Shown: positions 54,943 to 64,000, counted from the stretch's first letter. The stretch is 64,000 nucleotides of DNA from Microthrixaceae bacterium (GCA_023957975.1 JAMLGM010000003.1:12024-76023); one strand, 5' to 3'. Program-made: numbers and translations. Notes: generated from the sequence alone by a model not told the origin.

Positions 54943-56175
54943 GTGAATTTCGACGACACCCCCGAGGAAGCGGCGTTTCGCGCCGAGGTGCAAGCGTTCC
55001 TCGCCGCGAACGCCAAGCCGAAGGCCGGGGACGAGACCGACTGGTCGCGCAACGGAGCCTCGACCGACCACGCCGTCGCCGAGGACTATCGGCGTCGGTG
55101 CCGCGAGTGGCAGCGCACGCTGTACGACAACGGTTGGGCGGGAATCGCCTGGCCGAAGGCGTTCGGTGGTCGGGGAGGCAACGCGTCCCAGCAGATCATC
55201 TTCAACCAGGAACTCGCGAAGTACGACGCGACGAGTGGCTTCATCGGTGCGGCCCAGGCGCTTGTGGGCCCGGCGATCATGGCCTTCGGCACCCCGGAGC
55301 AACAGCAGCGCTACCTGCCTCCGCTGCTGAGTGGCGAGGAGTCGTGGTGCCAGCTCTTCAGCGAGCCGGAGGCCGGTAGCGACCTGGCGACGCTGGGCGC
55401 GCGTGCCGTGCTCGACGGCGACGAGTGGGTCGTGAACGGCCAAAAGCTGTGGAACAGCTCCGCGCAACACGCGGATTTCGGCATCCTCATCTGCCGGACC
55501 AACCCCGACGTTCCCAAGCACGCGGGCATCACCTACTTCATCGTCGACATGCGCACCCCGGGCATCGAGGTGCGTCCGCTCATTCAGGCACAGGGCGTCG
55601 CGCACTTCAACGAGGTGTTCTTCAGCGACGTTCGCATTCCGGCGGCCAATGTCGTCGGGGCGGTGAACGACGGCTGGAAGGTCACCAAGGTGACGCTGCG
55701 CAGCGAGAGTTCGATGATCTCCGGCGGTGGTCAGGCCTCAACGTTCGTCAACGTGTTGGCGACGATCCGCCGAACCGGCAGGGACACCGATCCGCTGGTG
55801 CGACAGGAACTCGCCAAGGTGTGGTCGAATGAGCAGATCCTGCGGTACCTCTCGATGCGCATGCAGACGGCGGTGATGACGGGTCGCAAGGATCTGGCGC
55901 TGCACGGGTCGTTGCTGAAGAACTTCTTCACCCGCAGCTTCACCCATCGCGCCACCCTCGCCCTGGACTGCGAGGGGCCGGAGGGCATGTTGACCGGAGC
56001 CGATGCCGAGGGCGACGGATTCTGGCAATACCAGTGCATCAACCAGTTCGCCTCCAAGATCGGCGGCGGAACCGAGGAAGTTCATCGCAACAACCTCGCC
56101 GAGCAGGCACTCGGGTTGCCCCGCGAGGCGTCGGCCGATGTCGACACCCCGTGGAATCAACTCCGTCGAAGCTGA
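54943..56175 (+). CDS. Acyl-CoA dehydrogenase
   Basis: GTG 54943 (VNFDDTPEEAAFRAEV) with GGAGA upstream. FSEPEAGSDLATL, GQKLWNSSA, GGGTEEVHRNNLAEQALGLP. Confidence 0.85.
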   Translation: MNFDDTPEEAAFRAEVQAFLAANAKPKAGDETDWSRNGASTDHAVAEDYRRRCREWQRTLYDNGWAGIAWPKAFGGRGGNASQQIIFNQELAKYDATSGFIGAAQALVGPAIMAFGTPEQQQRYLPPLLSGEESWCQLFSEPEAGSDLATLGARAVLDGDEWVVNGQKLWNSSAQHADFGILICRTNPDVPKHAGITYFIVDMRTPGIEVRPLIQAQGVAHFNEVFFSDVRIPAANVVGAVNDGWKVTKVTLRSESSMISGGGQASTFVNVLATIRRTGRDTDPLVRQELAKVWSNEQILRYLSMRMQTAVMTGRKDLALHGSLLKNFFTRSFTHRATLALDCEGPEGMLTGADAEGDGFWQYQCINQFASKIGGGTEEVHRNNLAEQALGLPREASADVDTPWNQLRRS

Positions 56176-56299
56176 CGACGTCGCGCACTGGCGGCGCTGG
56201 TATCTCGGTGACCTGAGGATCCCCGATCGCGCTCTGGGGCGTCACTAGCATTTCAACCCGTGAGTCGTCGGTGGTTCCTGGCGTTCGAGGTGCGCTGAC

Positions 56300-58243
56300 A
56301 TGGCGACGCTGTCCGACATTGTCGCGGTCGAGGCCGAATTCACGGCACTGCTCAACAATCCTCGTCGAAGCCTGTCGCGTTTCGCCGAGGTCAGCCTCGA
56401 CTTCGGACAGATGTTGGCCGAACCCGACCCTCATCGGGCACTCGAGGCGCTGTCGCTAGCGATCGAGACGTTGCGCAATCCTCCGGCGGAGCCGGAGATT
56501 CCGGTCGCGCTGGGGCTGCTGAGGACGATGCGTTCGGTCGCGGCACGGCTCGGTGAAGCGGATCACGAACTCGATGCGATCGGCCGTGAAGGGCGGATCC
56601 TCGACGGCGGTCTCGTCGAAATCGCCCCCGGCGAACGCGAGGCGCTGTGGCAGCGGGCCGCTGCGGTCCGATTCGGCGAAGGCGACGTGGCCGCGGGATT
56701 TGGGGAGTTGATGGAGGGTTTGCGCTGGAGCGGCCCCGTCGGCATCGAGCCGCTCACAACCGACTTGTTGATCGCGGTTCGGCGCACACAGCTTCCGGCG
56801 GAACTGCTCAACGATCTCATCGAGTTGTGGTTTGAGATTCGCCGCGAACGAGCCGGAGATGCCTACGGGCCGTGGTGCCTCGTCGCGCTCGGTGCGCTGC
56901 AGCTCACGGCGGGGGACACGATCACCGCACAGATGTACATGCGCCAGGCCGACAAGATGTTCGGAAACGAACAGCGCCCGGCGCTCGCCGCATTGGTCGG
57001 CGGTTGGGTTGCGTTGTCTGCAGACGATGCCCCGACGGCGCTGAACCGGTTCGTGAGTGCGTCCCAGGCGCCCGGTGGCGATGCTCGAATTCGACTGTTG
57101 GCCGCGGCCGGACTGGGTGAGGCGTTGGTTGCGCTCGGGCGCGTCGACGAGGCCCGCAAGCCGCTCAACGAGGCGATCGCGTATGACGTCGGCGATCCGA
57201 ACACCGTCGCCCGGAGCCACGAACTGCTGTCGGAGATCGCTGCTGGTGAGGGGAGATACGAGGACGCGTACCAGCACCTGACCGTGGCCCGTCGTCTCGA
57301 ACAGCCGATGGTGGTGCATTCCACACCGCAGCGTGTGCACGGGGTGCCGACCGAGCTCGACTTGCGTGACCGTTCGGAACCGATCGTGTTGCCGTCGTCG
57401 CCGCTGCGCACCGCGAGCGAGGAGATCGCGGCGCACGCCCGCTCGGTCGAGCGTGCGGCGCGCGAGGCCTCCGCTGCCGCAGGGTTGGACGCGACGTTGG
57501 AGATGCACCTGTCGCCAATCCTGGAGAACGCGTCGGGCGACGTGCGGGCGGCCTTGGCGGTGATGTGGCTGGTGCACCCCGACGGTGCAGCGATTCCCGC
57601 GGCGACCTTGTCCGAACGCGAGGAGCTTCGTCGGCAGCTGGCGCTGCACACGCTGCGGCGTGGGTGCCGCTCTCTCGCGACGTGGGCATCCGACCTCATG
57701 ATGGTCATCGATCTGTCCGAGATCTCGGTGACCTCGGAACTTGTCGAGGCGGTCGAAACACAGTTGCGCGAGTCCGGGGCCGACGCTTCGCGTCTCGTGG
57801 TGCTGTTGTCCGGGCTGCGGCTGCTTCGTTCGTCTGAACGTTCGGCGGTCGTCGACGGCCTTCGCGACCTTGGGGTGAGGCTCGGGATCACGGGGCTCGG
57901 CTCGTCATTCGACTCGACCGAGGAGTTGTTGTCGTGGGGGGTCGACCTGGTGGTGATCGACGACGAGGTGTTGTCGCTCGCCGACCGTGGGCGCGCCCAG
58001 CGCGTGGTGGCCACCGTCTCGGCACTGGCGAATGGGTTCGGATTCGATCTGCTCGCTACGGGCGTCGGTAATGAGGAATCGTTCGCCCGCCAGGTTGGTG
58101 CCGGGTGCCACGCTGCGGTCGGGCCTCACGTCGGCCCGGCACTGTCGGAGGCGGCCTTTCGTCACCAGCACCTCATCGACACGGCCATCGATTCCGCGAT
58201 CGGATCCGTGGCTGGCGCGGTTGCGGGGTCGGCGCTGCCCTGA
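56300..58243 (+). CDS. Helical-repeat protein with a C-terminal degenerate EAL-like domain
   Basis: The C-terminal approximately 250 aa align by eye to the EAL fold, but the catalytic positions are replaced: LVVLLSG for ExTE, LGITGLGSSF for DDFGTGYS, VVIDDEV for KIDRSF, ATGVGN for AEGVE, AAVGPHVGPAL for QGyxfxxP. Confidence 0.45.
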   Translation: MATLSDIVAVEAEFTALLNNPRRSLSRFAEVSLDFGQMLAEPDPHRALEALSLAIETLRNPPAEPEIPVALGLLRTMRSVAARLGEADHELDAIGREGRILDGGLVEIAPGEREALWQRAAAVRFGEGDVAAGFGELMEGLRWSGPVGIEPLTTDLLIAVRRTQLPAELLNDLIELWFEIRRERAGDAYGPWCLVALGALQLTAGDTITAQMYMRQADKMFGNEQRPALAALVGGWVALSADDAPTALNRFVSASQAPGGDARIRLLAAAGLGEALVALGRVDEARKPLNEAIAYDVGDPNTVARSHELLSEIAAGEGRYEDAYQHLTVARRLEQPMVVHSTPQRVHGVPTELDLRDRSEPIVLPSSPLRTASEEIAAHARSVERAAREASAAAGLDATLEMHLSPILENASGDVRAALAVMWLVHPDGAAIPAATLSEREELRRQLALHTLRRGCRSLATWASDLMMVIDLSEISVTSELVEAVETQLRESGADASRLVVLLSGLRLLRSSERSAVVDGLRDLGVRLGITGLGSSFDSTEELLSWGVDLVVIDDEVLSLADRGRAQRVVATVSALANGFGFDLLATGVGNEESFARQVGAGCHAAVGPHVGPALSEAAFRHQHLIDTAIDSAIGSVAGAVAGSALP

Positions 58244-58246
58244 GCG

Positions 58247-59080
58247 CTAACCGGCGATCAGCGCGGCCTGCTCGTCGAGGGTGACGAGTACCTCATCGCG
58301 GCCGGCCGACGGAACTCGAAAGACACATTCGGTCACCCCGATGTGTTCGAAATGGTCGAGTTTTTCGGGGCTGGGAATCGAACCGAAGGGCACGATCTCC
58401 ATGTCGTCGGGATTGCGTCCGGCCTCGGTCATCGCCTGGCGGAACGTGGCGATGTTCTCGGTGAGCCCGGCGCCGCCGATCGGGATCCAGCCGTCGCCGT
58501 ACTCGGCGATGTGCGCAAACAGTTTCGGCCCGGCGCCGCCGCCCAACAGCACGGGCACCTCGGTCTGGGGCTTGGGCCAGGCCCAGCTTTCGGCGAGGTG
58601 GGAGTAGGTGCCCTCATAGGCGGCCACCTCGTCGCGCCACAGCGAACGCATCGTCAACATGTGGTCGCGCATGTGTGCCCGACGGGTCCGGTAGTCGACT
58701 CCGTGGCTGTTCATCTCGTCTTCGTTCCAGCCGAAGCCCACGCCGAAACAGAATCGTCCGTTCGACAGGTTCTGCAGGGTGGCGATCGCCTTGGCGGTGA
58801 CGATCGGTTCGCGCTGGGCCGGCAGCATCACGCCGGTGCCGAGGCGAATCGTTGTGGTCAACGCCGCGGCTGCCGCTAGGGCGACGAGTGGATCGAGCGT
58901 GCGTTTGTACTCCTCCTTGAGTTCCGCATCTCCCGTCGGCGGAGCCGTCTTGCGGCTGACCGGAATGTGGGTGTGTTCGGGGATGTAGATCGAGTCGAAC
59001 CCGCGGACCTCAGCCTCGACCGCCAACTCGTGCACCGGCATCGAACGGTCGGTTGCGAACATGGTCACCCCGTAGCGCAT
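58247..59080 (-). CDS. LLM-class (luciferase-like) F420-dependent oxidoreductase
   Basis: MRYGVTMFATDRSM, FDSIYIPEHTHIP, RFCFGVGFGWNEDE are typical of the mycobacterial F420-dependent LLM family. Confidence 0.8.
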   Translation of the reverse strand: MRYGVTMFATDRSMPVHELAVEAEVRGFDSIYIPEHTHIPVSRKTAPPTGDAELKEEYKRTLDPLVALAAAAALTTTIRLGTGVMLPAQREPIVTAKAIATLQNLSNGRFCFGVGFGWNEDEMNSHGVDYRTRRAHMRDHMLTMRSLWRDEVAAYEGTYSHLAESWAWPKPQTEVPVLLGGGAGPKLFAHIAEYGDGWIPIGGAGLTENIATFRQAMTEAGRNPDDMEIVPFGSIPSPEKLDHFEHIGVTECVFRVPSAGRDEVLVTLDEQAALIAG

Positions 59081-59152
59081 GGTCGCAGGCTACCGAAAAC
59101 TGGACAGGTGTCCAACTCTGTTCACGGGAGCGGTGTTCGGTGATCAGAAAAT

Positions 59153-59167
59153 GTGACGGATCGTCAG
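59153..59167. promoter_or_regulatory. (C/G)TGAC-N5-GTCAG palindrome, site C
   Basis: aaaatgTGACggatcGTCAGaaacc in the divergent region between the LLM oxidoreductase and SDR genes. The outermost left base mismatches. Confidence 0.35.
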
Positions 59168-59241
59168 AAACCGGCGAAACTGGACCGCACCACGCTGGAA
59201 GAACCGCAGCGGTCGTGCATCGAGGAGAGACAGGGACACAC

Positions 59242-60150
59242 ATGAGCGGCATCGTCGAAGGAAGAATCGTCATCGTCACCGGCGCGGGGCGCGGACTTGG
59301 CCGGGCCCACGCCCTGGCCTTCGCCGCGGAGGGCGCCAAGGTTGTCGTCAACGACATCGGTGCCGAACAAGACGGCAGCGGTGGTTCGCTCTCGCCGGCA
59401 CAGGAGGTCGTCGACACGATCGCTGCGGCGGGTGGTGAGGCGGTGGTGAACGGCGATGACGTGTCCTCCGACGAGGGAGCGCAGCGACTCATCGACTCCA
59501 CGATCGAGCGCTTCGGCGGACTCGATGTCGTGTTGAACAATGCTGGCATCGTGCGTGACCGGATGTTCACCAATGCCACCGTGGACGAGTGGGACGCGGT
59601 GATGGCGGTGCACCTTCGCGGCCACTTCCTGCCTTCGAAGTATGCGTCGCTCTACTGGAAGAACGAGGCGAAGGAAGGCCGCCAGCGTGCGGCGCGCATC
59701 ATCAACACCAGCTCCGGCGCCGGGCTGATGGGGTCGATCGCCCAGGCCGCCTACTCGGCGGCCAAGGGTGGCATCGCCTCGCTCACGCTTGTGCAGGCCG
59801 CCGAGCTTGGCCGCTACGGCATCACCGCCAACGCGTTGGCGCCGTCGGCTCGCACGCGGATGACCGAGCAGGCCTTCGCCGACATGATGGCCGAGGTCGC
59901 CGAGGGTGAATTCGACGCGATGGACCCGGCGAACGTGTCGCCGGCACTCGTGTGGTTGGGATCGGAACAGTCGAGCCACGTCACCGGTCGGATGTTCGAG
60001 CTCGAGGGTGGCAAGATCGGCATCGCCCAGGGCTGGATGCACGGCCCGACCATCGATAAGGGCGCGAAGTGGGATCCGGCCGAGGTTGGCGATGCGGTCG
60101 ACAAGCTGCTCGCTGAGGCGGTCGCTCCGACTCCCGTCTACGGGGCTTGA
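59242..60150 (+). CDS. Short-chain dehydrogenase/reductase (SDR)
   Basis: Start at ATG 59242 (MSGIVEGRIVIVTGAGRGLGRAHA), NNAGI, catalytic YSAAKGG. Confidence 0.85.
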   Translation: MSGIVEGRIVIVTGAGRGLGRAHALAFAAEGAKVVVNDIGAEQDGSGGSLSPAQEVVDTIAAAGGEAVVNGDDVSSDEGAQRLIDSTIERFGGLDVVLNNAGIVRDRMFTNATVDEWDAVMAVHLRGHFLPSKYASLYWKNEAKEGRQRAARIINTSSGAGLMGSIAQAAYSAAKGGIASLTLVQAAELGRYGITANALAPSARTRMTEQAFADMMAEVAEGEFDAMDPANVSPALVWLGSEQSSHVTGRMFELEGGKIGIAQGWMHGPTIDKGAKWDPAEVGDAVDKLLAEAVAPTPVYGA

Positions 60151-60209
60151 GCTCGTCCACCTCCACACATTGTGAGCCGCCGGCGAGCCCTGTGCGCCAT
60201 GATGGGCCG

Positions 60210-61175
60210 ATGAGGTCGACCAGACCATCCCGACGTCGCACCGAATCCGTCGTCGTGTTGGCGCTGGCCGCCTCGTTGTCGCTCGCAGCGTGCAGTGCTG
60301 GCGATGACGCGTCAACCGCCGCCGTGTCGGCCGATGGCGCATCGGGCGCATCGGGCGCGTCCGGTGAATCCACCGAGCGTTATGGCGGGCTCGCGATGGT
60401 GTACGAGGCTGATGGAGGCGTGCCGCAGTTGTGTGCGTTCGTCAGCGCCGACACACCTCAGCCGTGCACGGGGATCGACCTGATCGACTGGTCGTGGGAT
60501 CTCGTCGACGACGAACAATCCGACGGCGACCAGACCTGGGGAACCGCTGTCGTCGTCGGCACCTTCGAGGGTGCCGCGCTTCGCGTGAGTAACGCCGGAC
60601 CTCCGGAATGGGGCTGGAGGTTGCCCTCCACCGGCTCGTCTGCGGTCGGTGCCGATGCCGGTGTCGATGCACGACAGCGGTGTGAGCCGCCGGCCGGAGG
60701 GTGGGCGGTCGTCGACTCGGCCAAGGCCTCGACGCTGGCGTGGGAGGCCGCACACGCGTATGTCGAAGCGGCCCCGGACTTCGCCTACTCGTGGACTGAG
60801 CCGGCAGCGGTGTCGGCGCCCTTGGACTTCTACGGCTATGAGGCGACCGCAGGTGTGTGGCACATCACGTTCACCGACAACGTGGCGGGGTACGAGACGG
60901 TGTTGCGTTCCATGTGGGGTGGCCCCATCTGCGTCACCCGAGCCGACTACTCCAAGGTCGAGTTGGAAACGCTGAGCGAGTCGATCGCGTCCGACGTTCC
61001 GGACGCATTCTCCGTGGTCGCCGATGGCGTGTCCGGGACGGTCATCGTGCAGACCTGGTTCGATCGCGGACTGGGTGATGAACTGCGCGGCAAGCACGGC
61101 GATGCGATCGTGGTGGACCCGGTGATGGTCCCGCTCGCTACGGACTTCGTCGTGCCCGACGACTTCTACAGGTAG
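60210..61175 (+). CDS. Putative secreted lipoprotein, function unknown
   Basis: Start at ATG 60210 (MRSTRPSRRRTESVVVLALAASLSLAACSAGDD) with a lipobox. GASGASGAS low-complexity stretch. Confidence 0.55.
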   Translation: MRSTRPSRRRTESVVVLALAASLSLAACSAGDDASTAAVSADGASGASGASGESTERYGGLAMVYEADGGVPQLCAFVSADTPQPCTGIDLIDWSWDLVDDEQSDGDQTWGTAVVVGTFEGAALRVSNAGPPEWGWRLPSTGSSAVGADAGVDARQRCEPPAGGWAVVDSAKASTLAWEAAHAYVEAAPDFAYSWTEPAAVSAPLDFYGYEATAGVWHITFTDNVAGYETVLRSMWGGPICVTRADYSKVELETLSESIASDVPDAFSVVADGVSGTVIVQTWFDRGLGDELRGKHGDAIVVDPVMVPLATDFVVPDDFYR

Positions 61176-61182
61176 GGATGCC

Positions 61183-61818
61183 GTGCGGGTCTACGAAAAG
61201 CGGCCATCCGGGTTGGCGGTCGGCGACCTTCGCTCGTACGCGGCGACCCATCCGGGCGAGGCGGTATTCGCCGTCGTTCGAACCTTTGTGGGGCTGGCCA
61301 TGTTCGCGTTCTTCAACACGAGGCTGGGAGTCGTACTGTTCTTTGTCGGCCTGGCGTTGTTGGCATCGACGGTGCCCTTTGTTCGGCGAGTCGCCGACGC
61401 GGCGATGATCCGTCCGTGTCTGGTGCTGTCGAACCGGCCGAAATGGGACGGAGTCTCGCGTCGCGTGTGGGAGTTGGATGCCGGTGATGTGGACCTCGTG
61501 GCGGTGGCGGGTGCGCTCAGCTCGGCGCTCGACGGTGAACTCGGCGAGTCCATCGCAGCGTTCGAAGAACTCGGAGAGTTCCGCGGCGATGTCCGCAACG
61601 CCGTGCTGTCGGCCGAGGCCCACGCGCCGGGTCAGGTCGCGTGGGCCGTCAGCGGCGCCGTCTCGATCATCCCCGGTCGCGAGTCCGACGGCGTGTGGCT
61701 TCGCCTCGAACGTGTCGACCACGACAACGACGCCTCAAAGCTGAAGGTCACCGTGGTGTCGAACGAAGGACCGGCGACCGCCGCACTGGCCACAGCCGCG
61801 GTCAAAGTCGCCGCTTAA
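61183..61818 (+). CDS. Hypothetical membrane protein
   Basis: GTG start. Two TM segments (FAVVRTFVGLAMFAFF, VVLFFVGLALLASTV). No family recognised. Confidence 0.45.
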   Translation: MRVYEKRPSGLAVGDLRSYAATHPGEAVFAVVRTFVGLAMFAFFNTRLGVVLFFVGLALLASTVPFVRRVADAAMIRPCLVLSNRPKWDGVSRRVWELDAGDVDLVAVAGALSSALDGELGESIAAFEELGEFRGDVRNAVLSAEAHAPGQVAWAVSGAVSIIPGRESDGVWLRLERVDHDNDASKLKVTVVSNEGPATAALATAAVKVAA

Positions 61819-61849
61819 CGAGACGAATCCTCCCGCGCCGACCCGGCGC

Positions 61850-62998
61850 TCAGATACCGAGCGACTTGCCGATGATCTCCTTCATGATCTCGGTCGTGCC
61901 ACCGTAAATCGTCGTGATCCGTGCATCGAGGTACGAGCGGGCGATCGGGTATTCGAGCATGTAGCCGTATCCACCGTGCAACTGCAGGCAGGTATCCATC
62001 GTCCGCTTCTGCAACTCGGTGGTCCACCATTTGGCCTTGGCGGCGTCGACCCCGTCGAGTTCGCCCCTGCTGAGGTCCTCGATGCAACGATCGACGAAGC
62101 ACTGGGCGATATCGATCTCGGTGCGCAGTTCGGCGAGCTTGAACCGGCTGTTCTGGAAGGTGCCGATCGGCTTGCCGAACGCCGTGCGTTCCTTGACGTA
62201 GTCGAGCGTCCATCCGAGCGCTGCCTCCGATGAGGCCAACGCGTAGATCGCGATGTTCATCCGCTCCTGAGCGAGCTTGTCGACCAGATGCAGGAAGCCG
62301 TGGCCTTCGATGCCCAGCAGGTTCTCCGCCGGAACCCGCACGTCGTTGAAGAACAACTCGGCGGTGTCTTGCGAGTGCAGACCGATCTTGTCGAGGTTGC
62401 GACCGCGTTCGAACCCTTCCATCCCGCGCTCGATCACGAGCAGCGACATGCCCTTGTGTTTCTGGGTCGGGTCGGTCTTGACGGCAGTGATGATGAGATC
62501 GGCGTTGATCCCGTTGGTGATGAAGGTCTTCGATCCGTTGACGATGTAGGAGTCGCCGTCGCGAATGGCGGTGGTGGACATCGATGCCAGGTCCGACCCG
62601 ATGCCCGGTTCGGTCATCGCGATTGCCGTGATGAATTCACCCGAGCAGATGCCAGGCAACCAGCGCTGCTTCTGCTCCTCGGTGCCGAGGGTGCGGAAAT
62701 ACGGCACACAGATGTCGTTGTGCAACGTCAGGCCGATTCCCGAACCATTGAACCCGGCGTAGGCCAGTTCCTCGCCGAGGGCCATGTTGTAGAGGAAGTC
62801 GGTCGCCCCGCCGCCGCCGTACTCCTCTTCGACGTCCATGCCCAAGAAGCCGTTCGCGCCCGCCTTGGTGAACAGCTCTCGAGGGGTGATGCCGGCAAGC
62901 TCCCATTCTTCGTAGTAAGGGGCGATCTCGCGCTCGGCGAACTGGCGAATCGCCTCGCGGAACAGGTCGTGTTCTTCGGTGAAGAGTGTTCGGCGCAC
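61850..62998 (-). CDS. Acyl-CoA dehydrogenase
   Basis: GTG 62998 (VRRTLFTEEHDLFREAIRQFAE) with GGAG upstream. AMTEPGIGSDLASM, GSKTFITNG, YGGTTEIMKEIIGK. The longer track ORF to 63214 is upstream read-through. Confidence 0.9.
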   Translation of the reverse strand: MRRTLFTEEHDLFREAIRQFAEREIAPYYEEWELAGITPRELFTKAGANGFLGMDVEEEYGGGGATDFLYNMALGEELAYAGFNGSGIGLTLHNDICVPYFRTLGTEEQKQRWLPGICSGEFITAIAMTEPGIGSDLASMSTTAIRDGDSYIVNGSKTFITNGINADLIITAVKTDPTQKHKGMSLLVIERGMEGFERGRNLDKIGLHSQDTAELFFNDVRVPAENLLGIEGHGFLHLVDKLAQERMNIAIYALASSEAALGWTLDYVKERTAFGKPIGTFQNSRFKLAELRTEIDIAQCFVDRCIEDLSRGELDGVDAAKAKWWTTELQKRTMDTCLQLHGGYGYMLEYPIARSYLDARITTIYGGTTEIMKEIIGKSLGI

Positions 62999-63155
62999 GA
63001 GGTGGCTCCAGGGGGTCGTGGCGATCCTTCGGGATCGTGGTTCTCGCGTACTGCGGCACAGATTCTTCTCCGTGGCTGTCGAAATTGCGAAGTCGAAGGC
63101 TCCCTCATCTCTGACGCTGGCAAACTGGATCGCCGACCGAGCGCCAGGAGACCAT

Positions 63156-64000
63156 GTGCCCGATCTCAAACCGACCACTCCGGAAGCGCTGCTCAGCGAG
63201 GTCGAACGCTTCATCGCGGACGAGGTCGTTCCGCTCGAAGTTCAAGAGGGTGGCAATCTGCACCACGCCTCGGAGGAGTTCCGGCGCAGTCTCCAAGCGG
63301 CGGCGCGCGCACGCGGCCTGCTGGCCCCCCACGTGTCGAGGGAATTCGGCGGTCATGGCCTCGGACTCGTCGAGCGGGCACCGGTGTTCGAGGCGGCCGG
63401 CTACTCGTTGTTCGGGCCGTTGGCCATCAACATCGCGGCCCCCGACGAGGGCAACATGCACCTGTTGGAAATGGTCGCGACCGAGGAGCAGAAGCAGGTC
63501 TATCTTGTGCCGCTGGCCGCCGGAGAAATCCGCTCGGCGTTTGCGATGACCGAACCTGCGCCGGGTGCCGGCTCGGACCCGTCGATGCTGCGTACCTCGG
63601 CAGTCCCGGTGAACGGTGGATGGCGCATCGACGGGCACAAGTGGTTCATCACCGGCGCGACCGGCGCATCGTTCTTCATCTGCATGGCGCGCACGGGTGA
63701 TTCGGGATCGGCCGCCACGATGTTCCTCGTCGACGCGGACCATCCAGGCGTGCGGGTCAAGCGCAGCATCGACACCCTCGACGAAGGGATGATCGGCGGT
63801 CACGGCGAGGTGGTCTTCGACAACTGCGTCGTCGGCGAGGCGGCCGTATTGGGGGAGGTGGACGCCGGCTTTCGCTATGCGCAGGTTCGACTGGGGCCGG
63901 CGCGGCTCACCCACTGCATGCGTTGGCTGGGAATCGCCACTCGAAGTCACCACATCGCGCTCGACCGGGCGCTCGACCGCATGGCGTTCGGCAAACATCT
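63156..64000 (+). CDS. Acyl-CoA dehydrogenase (runs off the right edge)
   Basis: Absent from the track (open-ended). My translation from GTG 63156 (AGGAG 5 nt upstream) reads VPDLKPTTPEALLSEVERFIADEVVPLE...AFAMTEPAPGAGSDPSML...GHKWFITGA...RLGPARLTHCMRWLG. Confidence 0.85.
   Translation, partial: MPDLKPTTPEALLSEVERFIADEVVPLEVQEGGNLHHASEEFRRSLQAAARARGLLAPHVSREFGGHGLGLVERAPVFEAAGYSLFGPLAINIAAPDEGNMHLLEMVATEEQKQVYLVPLAAGEIRSAFAMTEPAPGAGSDPSMLRTSAVPVNGGWRIDGHKWFITGATGASFFICMARTGDSGSAATMFLVDADHPGVRVKRSIDTLDEGMIGGHGEVVFDNCVVGEAAVLGEVDAGFRYAQVRLGPARLTHCMRWLGIATRSHHIALDRALDRMAFGKH

Overview
High-GC (about two-thirds G+C) chromosomal segment with actinobacterial-type gene content: an F420-type LLM oxidoreductase, mycobacterial-style steroid ring-C/D (HIP) catabolic genes and many acyl-CoA dehydrogenases. 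It has four blocks. (1) 1-19.0 kb is a flagellar cluster. fliI-fliH-fliG-fliF-fliE-flgC-flgB and a hypothetical-fliS-fliD-fliC run on the minus strand. flgN-flgK-flgL, fliR-flhB-flhA, an flhF-like gene and fliW-csrA run on the plus strand. By eye I find four promoters with identical TCA(G/T)-N15-GCCGATA geometry (sigma-28-like -10). The fliC leader has two GGA-loop hairpins that look like CsrA sites. (2) 20.3-28.4 kb is the accessory region and my best candidate for the interesting system. It holds a 1377-aa LamG / YD-Rhs protein with no signal peptide, two near-identical ricin-type lectin domains inserted in the repeat shell, and a Gly/Ala-zipper hydrophobic C-terminal toxin tip. Downstream are an AT-rich candidate immunity gene, an orphan Rhs C-terminal cassette (about 1.09 kb nearly identical to the main gene) carrying a different HExxH toxin tip, a signal-peptide immunity candidate, and three small two-TM ORFs with a repeated 3' module. 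I saw no integrase, tRNA or dedicated secretion genes. (3) 28.4-39.5 kb is housekeeping and miscellaneous: purU, an NTF2-fold protein, an SF2 helicase, an ABC1/UbiB kinase, a TetR gene behind a perfect AT-rich palindrome, a fatty-acid hydroxylase, two glycosyltransferases and an aminotransferase. (4) 39.5-64 kb is lipid/steroid catabolism: thiolase-like plus DUF35, SDRs, an enoyl-CoA hydratase, ipdA/ipdB-like CoA transferase, a nitronate-monooxygenase-like gene, five acyl-CoA dehydrogenases and a thiolase. A CTGAC-N5-GTCAG palindrome recurs in front of three of these transcription units. This block also has an intergenic region made entirely of repeats and a degenerate EAL-domain protein. Most long R/P/G-rich ORFs in the track are antisense or out-of-frame shadows of these genes. 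All calls come from reading translations and motifs by eye, and start codons are best guesses.
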